Source: Anthoceros angustus
Lineage: Eukaryota; Plantae; Anthocerotophyta
Assembly (NCBI GenBank): GCA_010909165.1
Contig: VJWM01000258.1
Location: 1-64,000, forward strand
Direction of reading: 5' to 3'
Length of the DNA: 64,000 nt
Shown: piece after piece, positions 51,572-63,196 of the stretch
Position numbering within the stretch: position 1 is the first letter of the stretch
Layout: each line of letters begins with the position of its first letter
Position numbers and translations under genes: made by a program
The notes under the pieces: generated by a model
The model's database searches: none
Told to the model about the DNA's origin: nothing
The model's input: the letters and a program-made list of their open reading frames with translations, nothing else

Positions 51572-53540
51572 ATGTCTTCGGCGGGGTCGGATTCGGATAC
51601 GGACTCGGAGTTCTGGGAGGAGGTGGACAAGCAGGCGGACTTCACCGTCACCTGCTACAGGCGGCTGTTCGATGACAACTTCGAGGAGAACGCGTGCGCG
51701 TCCCCGCTCAGCATTGCGCTGATGCTGGCCATGGTGGCGGCCGGGGCCAGAGGGGAGACCAGGGAGCAGTTTTCAAGGAGTTTGGGCCTGCCGCCGAGTG
51801 ATTACATGCATGAATTCGCGGAGGAGATGCTGGCAGCGGTGTTTGTGGAGCACTGGCATGGGAATCAGCACGGCTTCTTCCACCACGATACTTCCCACGA
51901 CAATCATCAGCATCACCACCACCACCATCACCACCATCACCACCATCATCACCGGCCCCGCAGCCACAGCAGCAGCAACCACAGCTCGGGGCATCTGCAG
52001 GGCCTCCCGGACAGGGAGGGCAAGGACGTGTTCCACAGCAACCACAGCTCCGGGCATCTGCGCGGCCTGCCGGATCACAGCCTTGGCCACGGTGAGCAGG
52101 GTCAGGGACAGGGACACCATAGCCCGGGCCCGGTGAAGCTTACGCTGCACAAGGACGGGTATTACAGCAACCACAGCTCGGGCCATCTGAGCAGCAACAG
52201 CCATAGCCACTCCGGGCAACGCCGTCACTCATCGCACCACAGCGGACATGGACATCACGGCCACGACAATCATCACCACCACCCCCACAACAATCATCCT
52301 CACGGCCCTCTTCAGGCCTTCTCCAACGGGCTGTGGCTGGACAGGGACGTGCCAGTCAAGCCCTCGTTCGCGAAGCTTCTCAAGGACAAGTACCTCACGG
52401 AGGTGCACATCATGGACTTCCGAGACAAGGTAGATCCGATTCCTTGCTCCCCTGCGAATCCTGGAGGGCAAGATCCTGGACGACCTCGAGATTTGTTGTT
52501 CTTGCATTTCTCGCTGCGCAGAGCTTGTTTGGTTGGTGTTGTTTCTGGACTGAAGTGTGGTGGATCTTTGACAGGGGGAGGATACGAGCTGGCATCCAGG
52601 CAGTCGGTTGCACGCAACCGGGTCCCCGACCAGCGGCAAGAGCCAGGGGATCATCCTCACCAACGCGCTCTACTTCAGAGGGCGGTGGAAGGAGCCGTTC
52701 CACGAGTGGAACACCAAGCCCGAGGGCTTCCACTTGCTCAACGGCCACACCGTCAAGGTTCCCATGATGACCAGCGAGAAGAAGCGGCAAATCGGGACGT
52801 TCGACCAGTGCAAGGTGCTGAAGCTGCCGTACCACGACGACGCGGACGACCGCCATCTGGCCATGTACATCATCCTCCCGGAGGCCCGCTACGGACTGCT
52901 CAAGCTGGAGAGCAAGCTGAACGGCACGACGCTGCAGCAGATGATGAAATGCGTGAACCAGACGGAGGTGGGCCAATTCAAGCTTCCGCGCTTCAAGATC
53001 TCGCTGCCGGCTCTGGACGTGCGGGAGGTGCTGCAGAGCATGGGCCTGGTGCTGCCGTTCGCACCAGGGGCGGCGGATTTCTCGGACGTGGTAGACGGAG
53101 CGGACCACAAGCTCCATATCTCCACTGTGTTGCACCAGGCCTTCATCGAGGTGTACGAGGGGGAGACGAGGACGTCGGCGGCGGCGCACACTCTCTTGGG
53201 CCTCATGCACATTCACCCCCATCACCACCATCGTCATCATCAGGCTCAGGTGGACTTCGTGGCGGATCATCCCTTCCTGTTCGTCATCAAAGATGACACC
53301 ACCGACGCTATTCTCTTCATGGGCAGGGTAACGGATCCCAGCACAGATCACCAGCTGGCGCACAACTCCCACATGCTTCCAACCTCGCCCGTTCATGGTA
53401 ATCACTCACAGCACCACGGCCACAAAGCTCACCATGGACACCACGGTCATGGGCATGGACATGCACATGCACATGTGCAACATCACCCTCGAGACAAGCA
53501 CCACTGGTACTCCAGCTTGTGGAAACACATGCATTTCTGA
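51572..53540 (+). CDS. Serpin with large His-rich insertion, His-rich reactive loop and His-rich tail; one intron 52430-52574
   Basis: SPLSIALMLAMVAAGARGET, NGLWLD, DFRDK|intron, NALYFRGRW, FHLLNGHTVKVPMM, VLKLPY, LPRFKIS, HQAFIEV, DFVADHPFLFVI..ILFMGRV. GT-AG splicing keeps the frame. Confidence 0.93.
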
Positions 53541-54189
53541 AGCAACTCCGTTTCACTTCCAGGTCCGGGGATGCAAGATCTTCAGAGCTGGCTGTACCAT
53601 ATCAGCTGTAGAGTAGTAGTGGTCAATTATTATTTATCTTCTTCCCTAGACTGACATTTGTTTACCCCAACGGTGCTTCATTTTGGGCTCAGAAATGATG
53701 AAAAGCAGCTTTGCAGAGTCTCTGCTTTCGATGAATCTGCCCTCAGAGGGTACGGTTGGACTCTCTATATCTCAGATGAAATTGGTCCAAGGATTCCATA
53801 ACCCGGATACCAAATTCAGCAGAACTTGTCAATGTAAGCAAGTAATAACAACACCGAGTGGACTCAGCTCAGGAAACACATGCATTTCTGAAGCAACTCC
53901 GTTTCACTTCCAGGTCCGGGGATGCAAGATCTTCAGAGCTGGCTGTACCATATCAGCTGTAGAGTAGTAGTGGTCAATTATTATTTATCTTCTTCCCTAG
54001 ACTGACATTTGTTTACCCCAACGGTGCTTCATTTTGGGCTCAGAAATGATGAAAAGCAGCTTTGCAGAGTCTCTGCTTTCGATGAATCTGCCCTCAGAGG
54101 TACGGTTGGACTCTCTATATCTCAGATGAAATTGGTCCATTCCGGGAAAAGCTAACCAACAGGAGGCCAAGAGATATACAAATGGCTGG

Positions 54190-54858
54190 CTGAGCAATCT
54201 CACGCAACCACGTCGTCTGACCAGTTCCAGTGCTAGTAAACACACGGCATTCTAAGTTGCCCTCCACGAAAACCTGGTTACTAGAAGCACCGGAGGAAGA
54301 CAGGAGTGAGCAAGTAAGTCGCGAGAAAGAGCTTAATTCAGTTCGGGAGACGAGAGAGAGACAAGGCTAACCTACCCAGCCTTCAACCACTTCATGGTTA
54401 AATTACCCAATGGCTGGTCATACACAGCTACTCTGTGCCACTGCGTGGTTGATCTTTGAACGCTGTCGTACATTCCACCGGTTCCCACGAAGAAGGTGGT
54501 GACTGCCCTGCCACTCTTCAACACCTTTTGCTTCGGCGGATTGGCGACTTGTCCAAGCAAAGTAGCCTGGAATGCAAGCACAACAAGCTGGAGGCCAATC
54601 CAGGCAAATTGCAGCAACCCACGGATCTGTATCCACCTTGAAGACACCCCGAGGGACGGCCACTCCAGCTGTCCCGCTTGCTTTGAGGACTTCCTCGCAG
54701 GGAACGGCATCCTCAGCAGCCACAGGAGCGGCATCGGTCTGGGAGACGCTCTTCCCCTGGTTACAACAATCCCGCCTCTGCACCAACACTCGTCTGTTCG
54801 CTGCAATTCCCAACACAGAGGGACCAGACCGTCCTTTCAGGTACCGCAAACTTGTCAT
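54190..54858 (-). CDS. SSB: Organellar (mitochondrial-type) single-stranded DNA-binding protein, copy with intact 5' end but missing last exon
   Basis: Arg/Ser-rich N-terminus MTSLRYLKGRSGPSVLG; spliced PRGVFK|ATLLGQVANPPKQKVLKSGRAVTTFFVGTGGMYD..QWHRVAVY..|VFVEGNLECRVF..REIA. Confidence 0.8.
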
Positions 54859-55047
54859 TCTTCAAGGCGGCCAGGCCTAGGGTTTCCTGTCGAAGGTCTT
54901 TGCTCTGTTCCTCGGACACATGTCTTTGAACACACAGCTCATCACTGGGCGCCTGCAATCGAGTTCCCAGGCCACAATGCACCAATTTATATGCTCTAGC
55001 AAACTACACGGTCGGTGAGTAAGATTCGTTTTGCTTGTCACTGGAAT

Positions 55048-58000
55048 TCATTTTGCTTGTCCCTGGGATTGGATGGAATTCGATTTAGGGTTTCCGGTTG
55101 GGATCGTGCAGCTGTTACGCGCCCAGCCTAATCGGTTACGCTGGTTGTCATACACTATGTTGTATCCTCGCAAGCCTAGGGCTGCCACACGACGAAAGAG
55201 CAACAAGTAGATAAGTTGCGAGCCTTGCAACGCAAAGAAACAGAAAGTAGAGGTGGAGACTTTATAAAAAGGAAGAGATCAGAAAACCCATCTACCCCGA
55301 GCCGAGGGGGAACAACGCAACGCAAAGAAACCGTCAACCCAATAAGGAGGAAGGATTCTCACCGCCAATGGTCATTTTGACTGGACTTGAACTTAGCATG
55401 TCAATCTCCAAAATGCCAATTCAGCAGAACTTGTCAATGTAAGCAAGTAATAACAACACCGAGTGGACTCAGCTCAGGGCATCCCAAGTATGTATGAGCG
55501 AAGCTGTCAAATTGAAAGTGATGTTTCGACGAAAATATCTGTGGACAAGGGAACCTGCTCCGTCAGGGGCCGCTGTCTGTCTGAGTTGCAGAAGGGGTGT
55601 TGGCTTCATCATCCTTACCCATGAAGAGAACTCCACCTGGCATACAGGGCACCGTCTCAACCAACTACCGATGTGAACTGTGCGATACAGGGATTAACAA
55701 CATGAGAGAGCTGAGAGCACAGGAGACAGGCAAACCTGGCTGCCGAACAGCAATCTCACGCAACCACGTCGTCTGACCAGTTCCAGTGCTAGTAAACACA
55801 CGGCATTCTAAGTTGCCCTCCACGAAAACCTGGTTACTAGAAGCACCGGAGGAAGACAGGAGTGAGCAAGTAAGTCGCGAGAAAGAGCTTAATTCAGTTC
55901 GGGAGACGAGAGAGAGACAAGGCTAACCTACCCAGCCTTCAACCACTTCATGGTTAAATTACCCAATGGCTGGTCATACACAGCTACTCTGTGCCACTGC
56001 GTGGTTGATCTTTGAACGCTGTCGTACATTCCACCGGTTCCCACGAAGAAGGTGGTGACTGCCCTGCCACTCTTCAACACCTTTTGCTTCGGCGGATTGG
56101 CGACTTGTCCAAGCAAAGTAGCCTGGAATGCAAGCACAACAAGCTGGAGGCCAATCCAGGCAAAAAAAACAAAATTGCAGCAACCCACGGATCTGTATCC
56201 ACCTTGAAGACACCCCGAGGGACGGCCACTCCAGCTGTCCCGCTTGCTTTGAGGACTTCCTCGCAGGGAACGGCATCCTCAGCAGCCACAGGAGCGGCAT
56301 CGGTCTGGGAGACGCTCTTCCCTGGTTACAACAATCCCGCCTCTGCACCAACACTCGTCTGTTCGCTGCAATTCCCAGGGACCAGACCGTCCTTTCAGGC
56401 ATGGATGCAGTCACACTGTACAAGCATGCAGCACAGGAGCATACTATCATCTGAAAGCTCAGCAATGTGCTTGACACGGAAGGTGGTGAATCACCCAAAC
56501 GTCACCCATGCATTGAGGGGGTCTCCCGTTGTGGCTGAGAACATCTTGCACCAGGTAGCCCTCGGTTGTGCTCTTGTCGTGTACTCCACCATGTATGTAC
56601 AAGTTGGGTGCTCCTCCGACGATTCCGCCGTCAGCAGCAACTTGGACGCAGCGCTGATCCTCCTGGCCACCCACCGGGCGCTCTCTGGTTTGTACCACCG
56701 ATGAGGAGCCTGTGCAGCAGCGGCAGCCACTTATCAGGCGTGAGGTCACACAGCATCGCATTCCCTCCCTTCCCTGCCCCAACAGCATGCCATCCTGCTC
56801 ACTTACCACCGGACATCCACTGCAGTTGGCATCACACAGGAGCCAGCTCAGATGCCCCCTGTGTCAATGCCGAGATTGTAGAGTTTCCCGCCCGCCCAAT
56901 TTTGCATGGAAATGTAATACATCCTGCCAGAAGCAAGACTCAGCGCAGTGAGAAAGCGGCATCCACGATCCCCTGCCCAGCAAGCAGGGCGGCAAATACT
57001 GGGAGGAGAATGAGGTCACTCACCCGTTGGGCCTCTGGCCCATCCGGTACCCGATTCTCGTCCGCTCAGTGGCCGGCACACTCAACAGGGCCCGGCCAGG
57101 CCTGGAGTTGCCCTGGCCCAGGAAGAACGCTCTGGCTGCGTTCCGCTTGGCGTCAAGATCCAGCAACGCCTCCGCGGTAGAGCGCTCCTCCGGCCGGTAG
57201 TCCCTTCCCGGGACTGCCATACCTCCGGGACCACACCAGCGGGTACACCACAGCCTCGTCCTCGTCGTCCTGCTCCCTCCCGGAGTCGTTCCTCAGAAAT
57301 GCGGGCGCCCGGAGCCAGGATAGGACCACCAGAGCAAGGAGGAAGGACACCAAGAGCAACAAGTAGATAAGTTGCGAGCCTTGCAACGCAAAGAAACAGA
57401 AAGTAGAGGTGGAGACTTTATAAAAAGGAAGAGATCAGAAAACCCATCTACCCCGAGCCGAGGGGGAACAACGCAACGCAAAGAAACCGTCAACCCAATA
57501 AGGAGGAAGGATTCTCACCGCCAATGGTCATTTTGACTGGACTTGAACTTAGCATGTCAATCTCCAAAAATGCCAAACAAACACTTCCGGATCTCTGCCA
57601 CACAAAAACGAAACCGTGCATCAGGAAGACTGAAATCTTGACACACACACAAAGCGAATTAATCAGGTCATGACAAGACCCTTACGGTTATCCTGAGATA
57701 TCCTTGTGGGCCGAGCTCCATGTATGGCGGCAGGGGGCTAGGATCTGCCCAATTTTGCTTGAAGAAAAACTTCAACGTCTTGAAGTACTTGCTCGCATCC
57801 GCTATGGACCTGCCCGATCCAACCACCTTTGACTTAGTGGTGTTACGCTACCCTTGAGCTGACAGACAGAAGCCCGAGGCAAGCTTACCTGAAGCTGGTT
57901 GGACCCCGCCAGCACACTGGATAAGGCTCGGAGTCTTGGGGAGTTCGTTCAAGAGGGACCTGGTCCCTCAGCTGTGGAGGTGGACAGCAAGTTTTTAGCA

Positions 58001-61000
58001 GCCGGATGGTCCTGATCGAACGATGGGAAAGGCATGGTGCGGTGAGGCAGTCTTACAAGTGAAAGGAGCGCACTGTACTCCTCAGCTGCGAGGTAGTTGA
58101 GAGCCGACCCACTGTCTATGTACACAGGGAAGCCTGGGAAAAGTGGGGAGTTCCCGTAGGAGGCGCTGTCAAGGTCCACCACATAAAGTGACCTGCATGA
58201 ACCCAAACCAAGGTCTCAGCATTGCAAAACTCTGGCAACGTTCAGAAGTGTCAGCAAAAGCAATGTATGAAGGAGTGGTGGACACCTGGATGTTTCTACA
58301 TCAGAGTTGTAGGGAGTCCACGCCAAGGTCTTGGCTGCTAAGCCACCGAAGAATAAGTATCCCCTCCACCCACGGACATGCAGTGCCCAAAGACGGAGTT
58401 GGCGAAGAAGGCGCTAGCTGGCTTGACATAGCCATAGGGGACTTGCTGAGGGCCAGAAGGCCATCTTCGAGAGCTGGAGATCGGGCCAGCAGTCCGCCTT
58501 GGTGAACAGAACAGCTGCACAAATCCAGAGAGCCCTTCCTTTCAGGCATGGATGCAGTCACACTGTACAAGCATGCAGCACAGGAGCATACTATCATCTG
58601 AAAGCTCAGCAATGTGCTTGACACGGAAGGTGGTGAATCACCCAAACGTCACCCATGCATTGAGGGGGTCTCCCGTTGTGGCTGAGAACATCTTGCACCA
58701 GGTAGCCCTCGGTTGTGCTCTTGTCGTAATACTCCACCATGTATGTACAAGTTGGGTGCTTGCTCCTCCGACGATTCCGCCGTCAGCAGCAACTTGGACG
58801 CAGCGCTGATCCTCCTGGCCACCCACCGGGCGCTCTCTGGTTTGTACCACCGATGAGGAGCCTGTGCAGCAGCGGCAGCCACTTATCAGGCGTGAGGTCA
58901 CACAGCATCGCATTCCCTCCCTTCCCTGCCCCAACAGCATGCCATCCTGCTCACTTACCACCGGACATCCACTGCAGTTGGCATCACACAGGAGCCAGCT
59001 CAGATGCCCCTGTGTCAATGCCGAGATTGTAAGAGTTTCCCGCCCGCCCAATTTTGCATGGAAATGTAATACATCCTGCCAGAAGCAAGACTCAGCGCAG
59101 TGAGAAAGCGGCATCCACGATCCCCTGCCCAGCAAGCAGGGCGGCAAATACTGGGAGGAGAATGAGGTCACTCACCCGTTGGGCCTCTGGCCCATCCGGT
59201 ACCCGATTCTCGTCCGCTCAGTGGCCAGCACACTCAACAGGGCCCGGCCAGGCCTAGGGTTTCCTGTCGAAGGTCTTTGCTCTGTTCCTCGGACACATGT
59301 CTTTGAACACACAGCTCATCACTGGGCGCCTGCAATCGAGTTCCCAGGCCACAATGCACCAATTTATATGCTCTAGCAAACTACACGGTCGGTGAGTAAG
59401 ATTCGTTTTGCTTGTCACTGGAATTCATTTTGCTTGTCCCTGGGATTGGATGGAATTCGATTTAGGGTTTCCGGTTGGGATCGTGCAGCTGTTACGCGCC
59501 CAGCCTAATCGGTTACGCTGGTTGTCATACACTATGTTGTATCCTCGCAAGCCTAGGGCTGCCACACGACGAAAGAGCAACAAGTAGATAAGTTGCGAGC
59601 CTTGCAACGCAAAGAAACAGAAAGTAGAGGTGGAGACTTTATAAAAGGAAGAGATCAGAAAACCCATCTACCCCGAGCCGAGGGGAACAACGCAACGCAA
59701 AGAAACCGTCAACCCAATAAGGAGGAAGGACACCAAGAGCAACCTCTTCCTCCTGACCCGAGCAGCGACAGAACCAAAACCGCCCCAGCACGCCGAGCCC
59801 AGAATTGCCGAGCCCACAACCGCAGCCCAGGCTGCTGGCTGCATCCCGGAAGCCGGAATGTCTATCTGCGTACCGTGCTCCGGAGGAAGCAGCGTGGAAT
59901 CTCCGCTGCCCGCCAGGAACTCCCATTGCTTCTTGCCGGCCCCTGGCCCTGCGGGACCGGGACGCTGATGATGAGCACTCCCTGGGCTCCTGCTCCATCG
60001 CTCCAGCTCCAGCTCCGGCTCCGGCTCCGGCTCCCGCCCGCCCTGGCAGGGAAACGGGGGCCCGGCCGAATTCCGTGCACGGGCGCCCGAGCTGCTGCCG
60101 GCCCTGGGCTCCGGGATGCCGGGCGAGAGGGAATGGAACCCACCGGGCAGGGCGAGAGACGTGGTGACAGCGGAGACGGCGCGATTGGCTTCCGAATCGC
60201 ACGATTCGCGTCTCGAGCTTGAGCGGGCGGGGTGAGGAGCCTGTGCAGCAGCAGCAGCAGCAGCAGCAGGTCATGACAAGACCCTTACGGTTATCCTGAG
60301 ATATCCTTGTGGGCCGAGCTCCATGTATGGCGGCAGGGGCTAGGATCTGCCCAATTTTGCTTGAAGAAAACTTCAACGTCTTGAAGTACTTGCTCGCATC
60401 CGCTATGGACCTGCCCGATCCAACCACCTTTGACTTAGTGGTGTTACGCTACCCTTGAGCTGACAGACAGAAGCCCGAGGCAAGCTTACCTGAAGCTGGT
60501 TGGACCCCGCCAGCACACTGGATAAGGCTCAGGTCTTGGGAGTTCGTTCAAGAGGGACCTGGTCCCTCAGCTGTGGAGGTGGACAGCAAGTTTTTAGCAG
60601 CCGGATGGTCCTGATCGAACGATGGGAAAGGCATGGTGCGGTGAGGCAGTCTTACAAGTGAAAGGAGCGCACTGTACTCCTCAGCTGCGAGGTAGTTGAG
60701 AGCCGACCCACTGTCTATGTACACAGGGAAGCCTGGGAAAAGTGGGGAGTTCCCGTAGGAGGCGCTGTCAAGGTCCACCACATAAAGTGACCTGCATGAA
60801 CCCAAACCAAGGTCTCAGCATTGCAAAACTCTGGCAACGTTCAGAAGTGTCAGCAAAAGCAATGTATGAAGGAGTGGTGGACACCTGGATGTTTCTACAT
60901 CAGAGTTGTAGGGAGTCCACGCCAAGGTCTTGGCTGCTAAGCCACCGAAGAATAAGTATCCCCCTCCACCCACGGACATGCAGTGCCCAAAGACGGAGTT

Positions 61001-62386
61001 GGCGAAGAAGGGCGCTAGCTGGCTTGACATAGCCATAGGGGACTTGCTGAGGGCCAGAAGGCCATCTTCGAGAGCTGGAGATCGGGCCAGCAGTCCGCCT
61101 TGGTGAACAGAACAGCTGCACAAATCCAGAGAGCCCTTCCTTTCAGGCATGGATGCAGTCACACTGTACAAGCATGCAGCACAGGAGCATACTATCATCT
61201 GAAAGCTCAGCAATGTGCTTGACACGGAAGGTGGTGAATCACCCAAACGTCACCCATGCATTGAGGGGGGGTCTCCCGTTGTGGCTGAGAACATCTTGCA
61301 CCAGGTAGCCCTCGGTTGTGCTCTTGTCGTAATACTCCACCATGTATGTACAAGTTGGGTGCTTGCTCCCTCCGACGATTCCGCCGTCAGCAGCAACTTG
61401 GACGCAGCGCTGATCCTCCCTGGCCACCCACCGGGCGCTCTCTGGTTTGTACCACCGATGAGGAGCCTGTGCAGCAGCGGCAGCCACTTATCAGGCGTGA
61501 GGTCACACAGCATCGCATTCCCTCCCTTCCCTGCCCCAACAGCATGCCATCCTGCTCACTTACCACCGGACATCCACTGCAGTTGGCATCACACAGGAGC
61601 CAGCTCAGATGCCCCCCTGTGTCAATGCCGAGATTGTAAGAGTTTCCCGCCCGCCCAATTTGCATGGAAATGTAATACATCCTGCCAGAAGCAAGACTCA
61701 GCGCAGTGAGAAAGCGGCATCCACGATCCCCTGCCCAGCAAGCAGGGCGGCAAATACTGGGAGGAGAATGAGGTCACTCACCCGTTGGGCGGCCTCTGGC
61801 CCATCCGGTACCCGATTCTCGTCCGCTCAGTGGCCGGCACACTCAACAGGGCCCGGCCAGGCCTGGAGGAGTTGCCCTGGCCCAGGAAGAACGCTCTGGC
61901 TGCGTTCCGCTTGGCGTCAAGATCCAGCAACGCCTCCGCGGTAGAGCGCTCCTCCGGCCGGGTAGTCCCTTCCCCGGGACTGCCATACCTCCGGGACCAC
62001 ACCAGCGGGTACACCACAGCCTCGTCCTCGTCGTCCTGCTCCCTCCCGGAGTCGTTCCTCAGAAATGCGGGCGCCCGGAGCCAGGATAGGACCACCAGAG
62101 CAAGGAGGAAGGACACCAAGAGCAACCTCTTCCTCCTGACCCGAGCAGCGACAGAACCAAAACCGCCCCCAGCACGCCGAGCCCAGAATTGCCGAGCCCA
62201 CAACCGCAGCCCAGGCTGCTGCGGCTGCATCCCGGAAGCCGGAATGTCTATCTGCGTACCGTGCTCCGGAGGAAGCAGCGTGGAATCTCCGCTGCCCGCC
62301 AGGAACTCCCATTGCTTCTTGCCGGCCCCCTGGCCCTGCGGGACCGGGACGCTGATGATGAGCACTCCCCTGGGCTCCTGCTCCAT
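55048..62386 (-). CDS. A1-family aspartic protease, APCB1/ASP1-like with N-terminal TM segment; present only as overlapping scrambled fragments (longest continuous piece 62386-60270)
   Basis: LLLVSFLLALVVLSW TM; YYISMQIG..LGIDTGGHLSWLLCDANC; PHRWYKP; VEY.DKSTTEGYLVQD; DGLLALS..FGHCMSVGGGGYLFFG; IDSGSALNYL; GSVCLAFL; GYNIVYDNQRNRLGWARNSC. Confidence 0.85.
55563..56399 (-). CDS. SSB: Same SSB, copy with intact 3' end (REIAVRQP|GGVLFMG...SGP-stop) but 5' end fused to aspartic protease sequence
   Basis: 55750-56399 duplicates 54190-54841; has the extra intron, last exon and TGA at 55563-55565. Confidence 0.78.
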
Positions 62387-63196
62387 CGCTCCAGCTCCAG
62401 CTCCGGCTCCGGCTCCGGCTCCCGCCCGCCCTGGCAGGGAAACGGGGGGCCCGGCCGAATTCCGTGCACGGGCGCCCGAGCTGCCGGCCCCTGGGCTCCG
62501 GGATGCCGGGCGAGAGGGAATTGGAACCCACCCGGGCAGGGCGAGAGACGTGGTGACAGCGGAGACGGCGCGATTGGCTTCCGAATCGCACGATTCGCGT
62601 CTCGAGCTTGAGCGGGCGGGGGTGAGGGAGCGCTAGCCGGCGCAGCAGCAGGTCATGAGCAGCTGGAAGATGCTCAATATGTCCACGCAGCAGCAGGCTG
62701 CGGCGTCGCAGTTGGCGGCCAACTTCTTCCCGGCCTCGCCCGACGCCATCGATCTATCCACACTTCCCAGACGAGCTGGGCGAGACGAAACCAGAAAAAA
62801 ATGCCGCAGGCAGCAGGCAGCAGGCTTGAAGGCCCGCCTCGTTCTCACTGACTTTCCGCGCATTTGCTTGCCATGCACTCCAGGTTGGAGGTGCACCATG
62901 GCGGAAGTGGCGAAACGGAATCTGATTGCGGGTGGGAACTTGGGAGACGCTGTCTAGTCTTCACTGCTACGCGTCGTACCTGGACAACGACCTTCGCCTG
63001 CTCTTATAGGCGGGATGACGTTGCCTGACCTCTGCCAGCCCGTTCCTATTTTGACTGCCAGCTTCTCCAGCCAGTCTCTCGGCATACAGCCTCCAGCTTC
63101 TCGCGAATGCTTCTCTCACTACATCTGCCTTCAGGGCTTTGGGCTGCTGGTGTCTGTACGTACCGTCTAGCGACGTATGTATAAGGAGCCGTGGCC

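Noticed and set aside
51773-53405. Long Val/Met-rich antisense ORFs over the serpin
   Set aside because: Shadow frames of CAC/CAT His codons in GC-rich coding DNA.
62655-62957. 100-aa plus-strand ORF between the protease and the WDR75-like gene
   Set aside because: No recognisable domain; probably promoter or UTR sequence.
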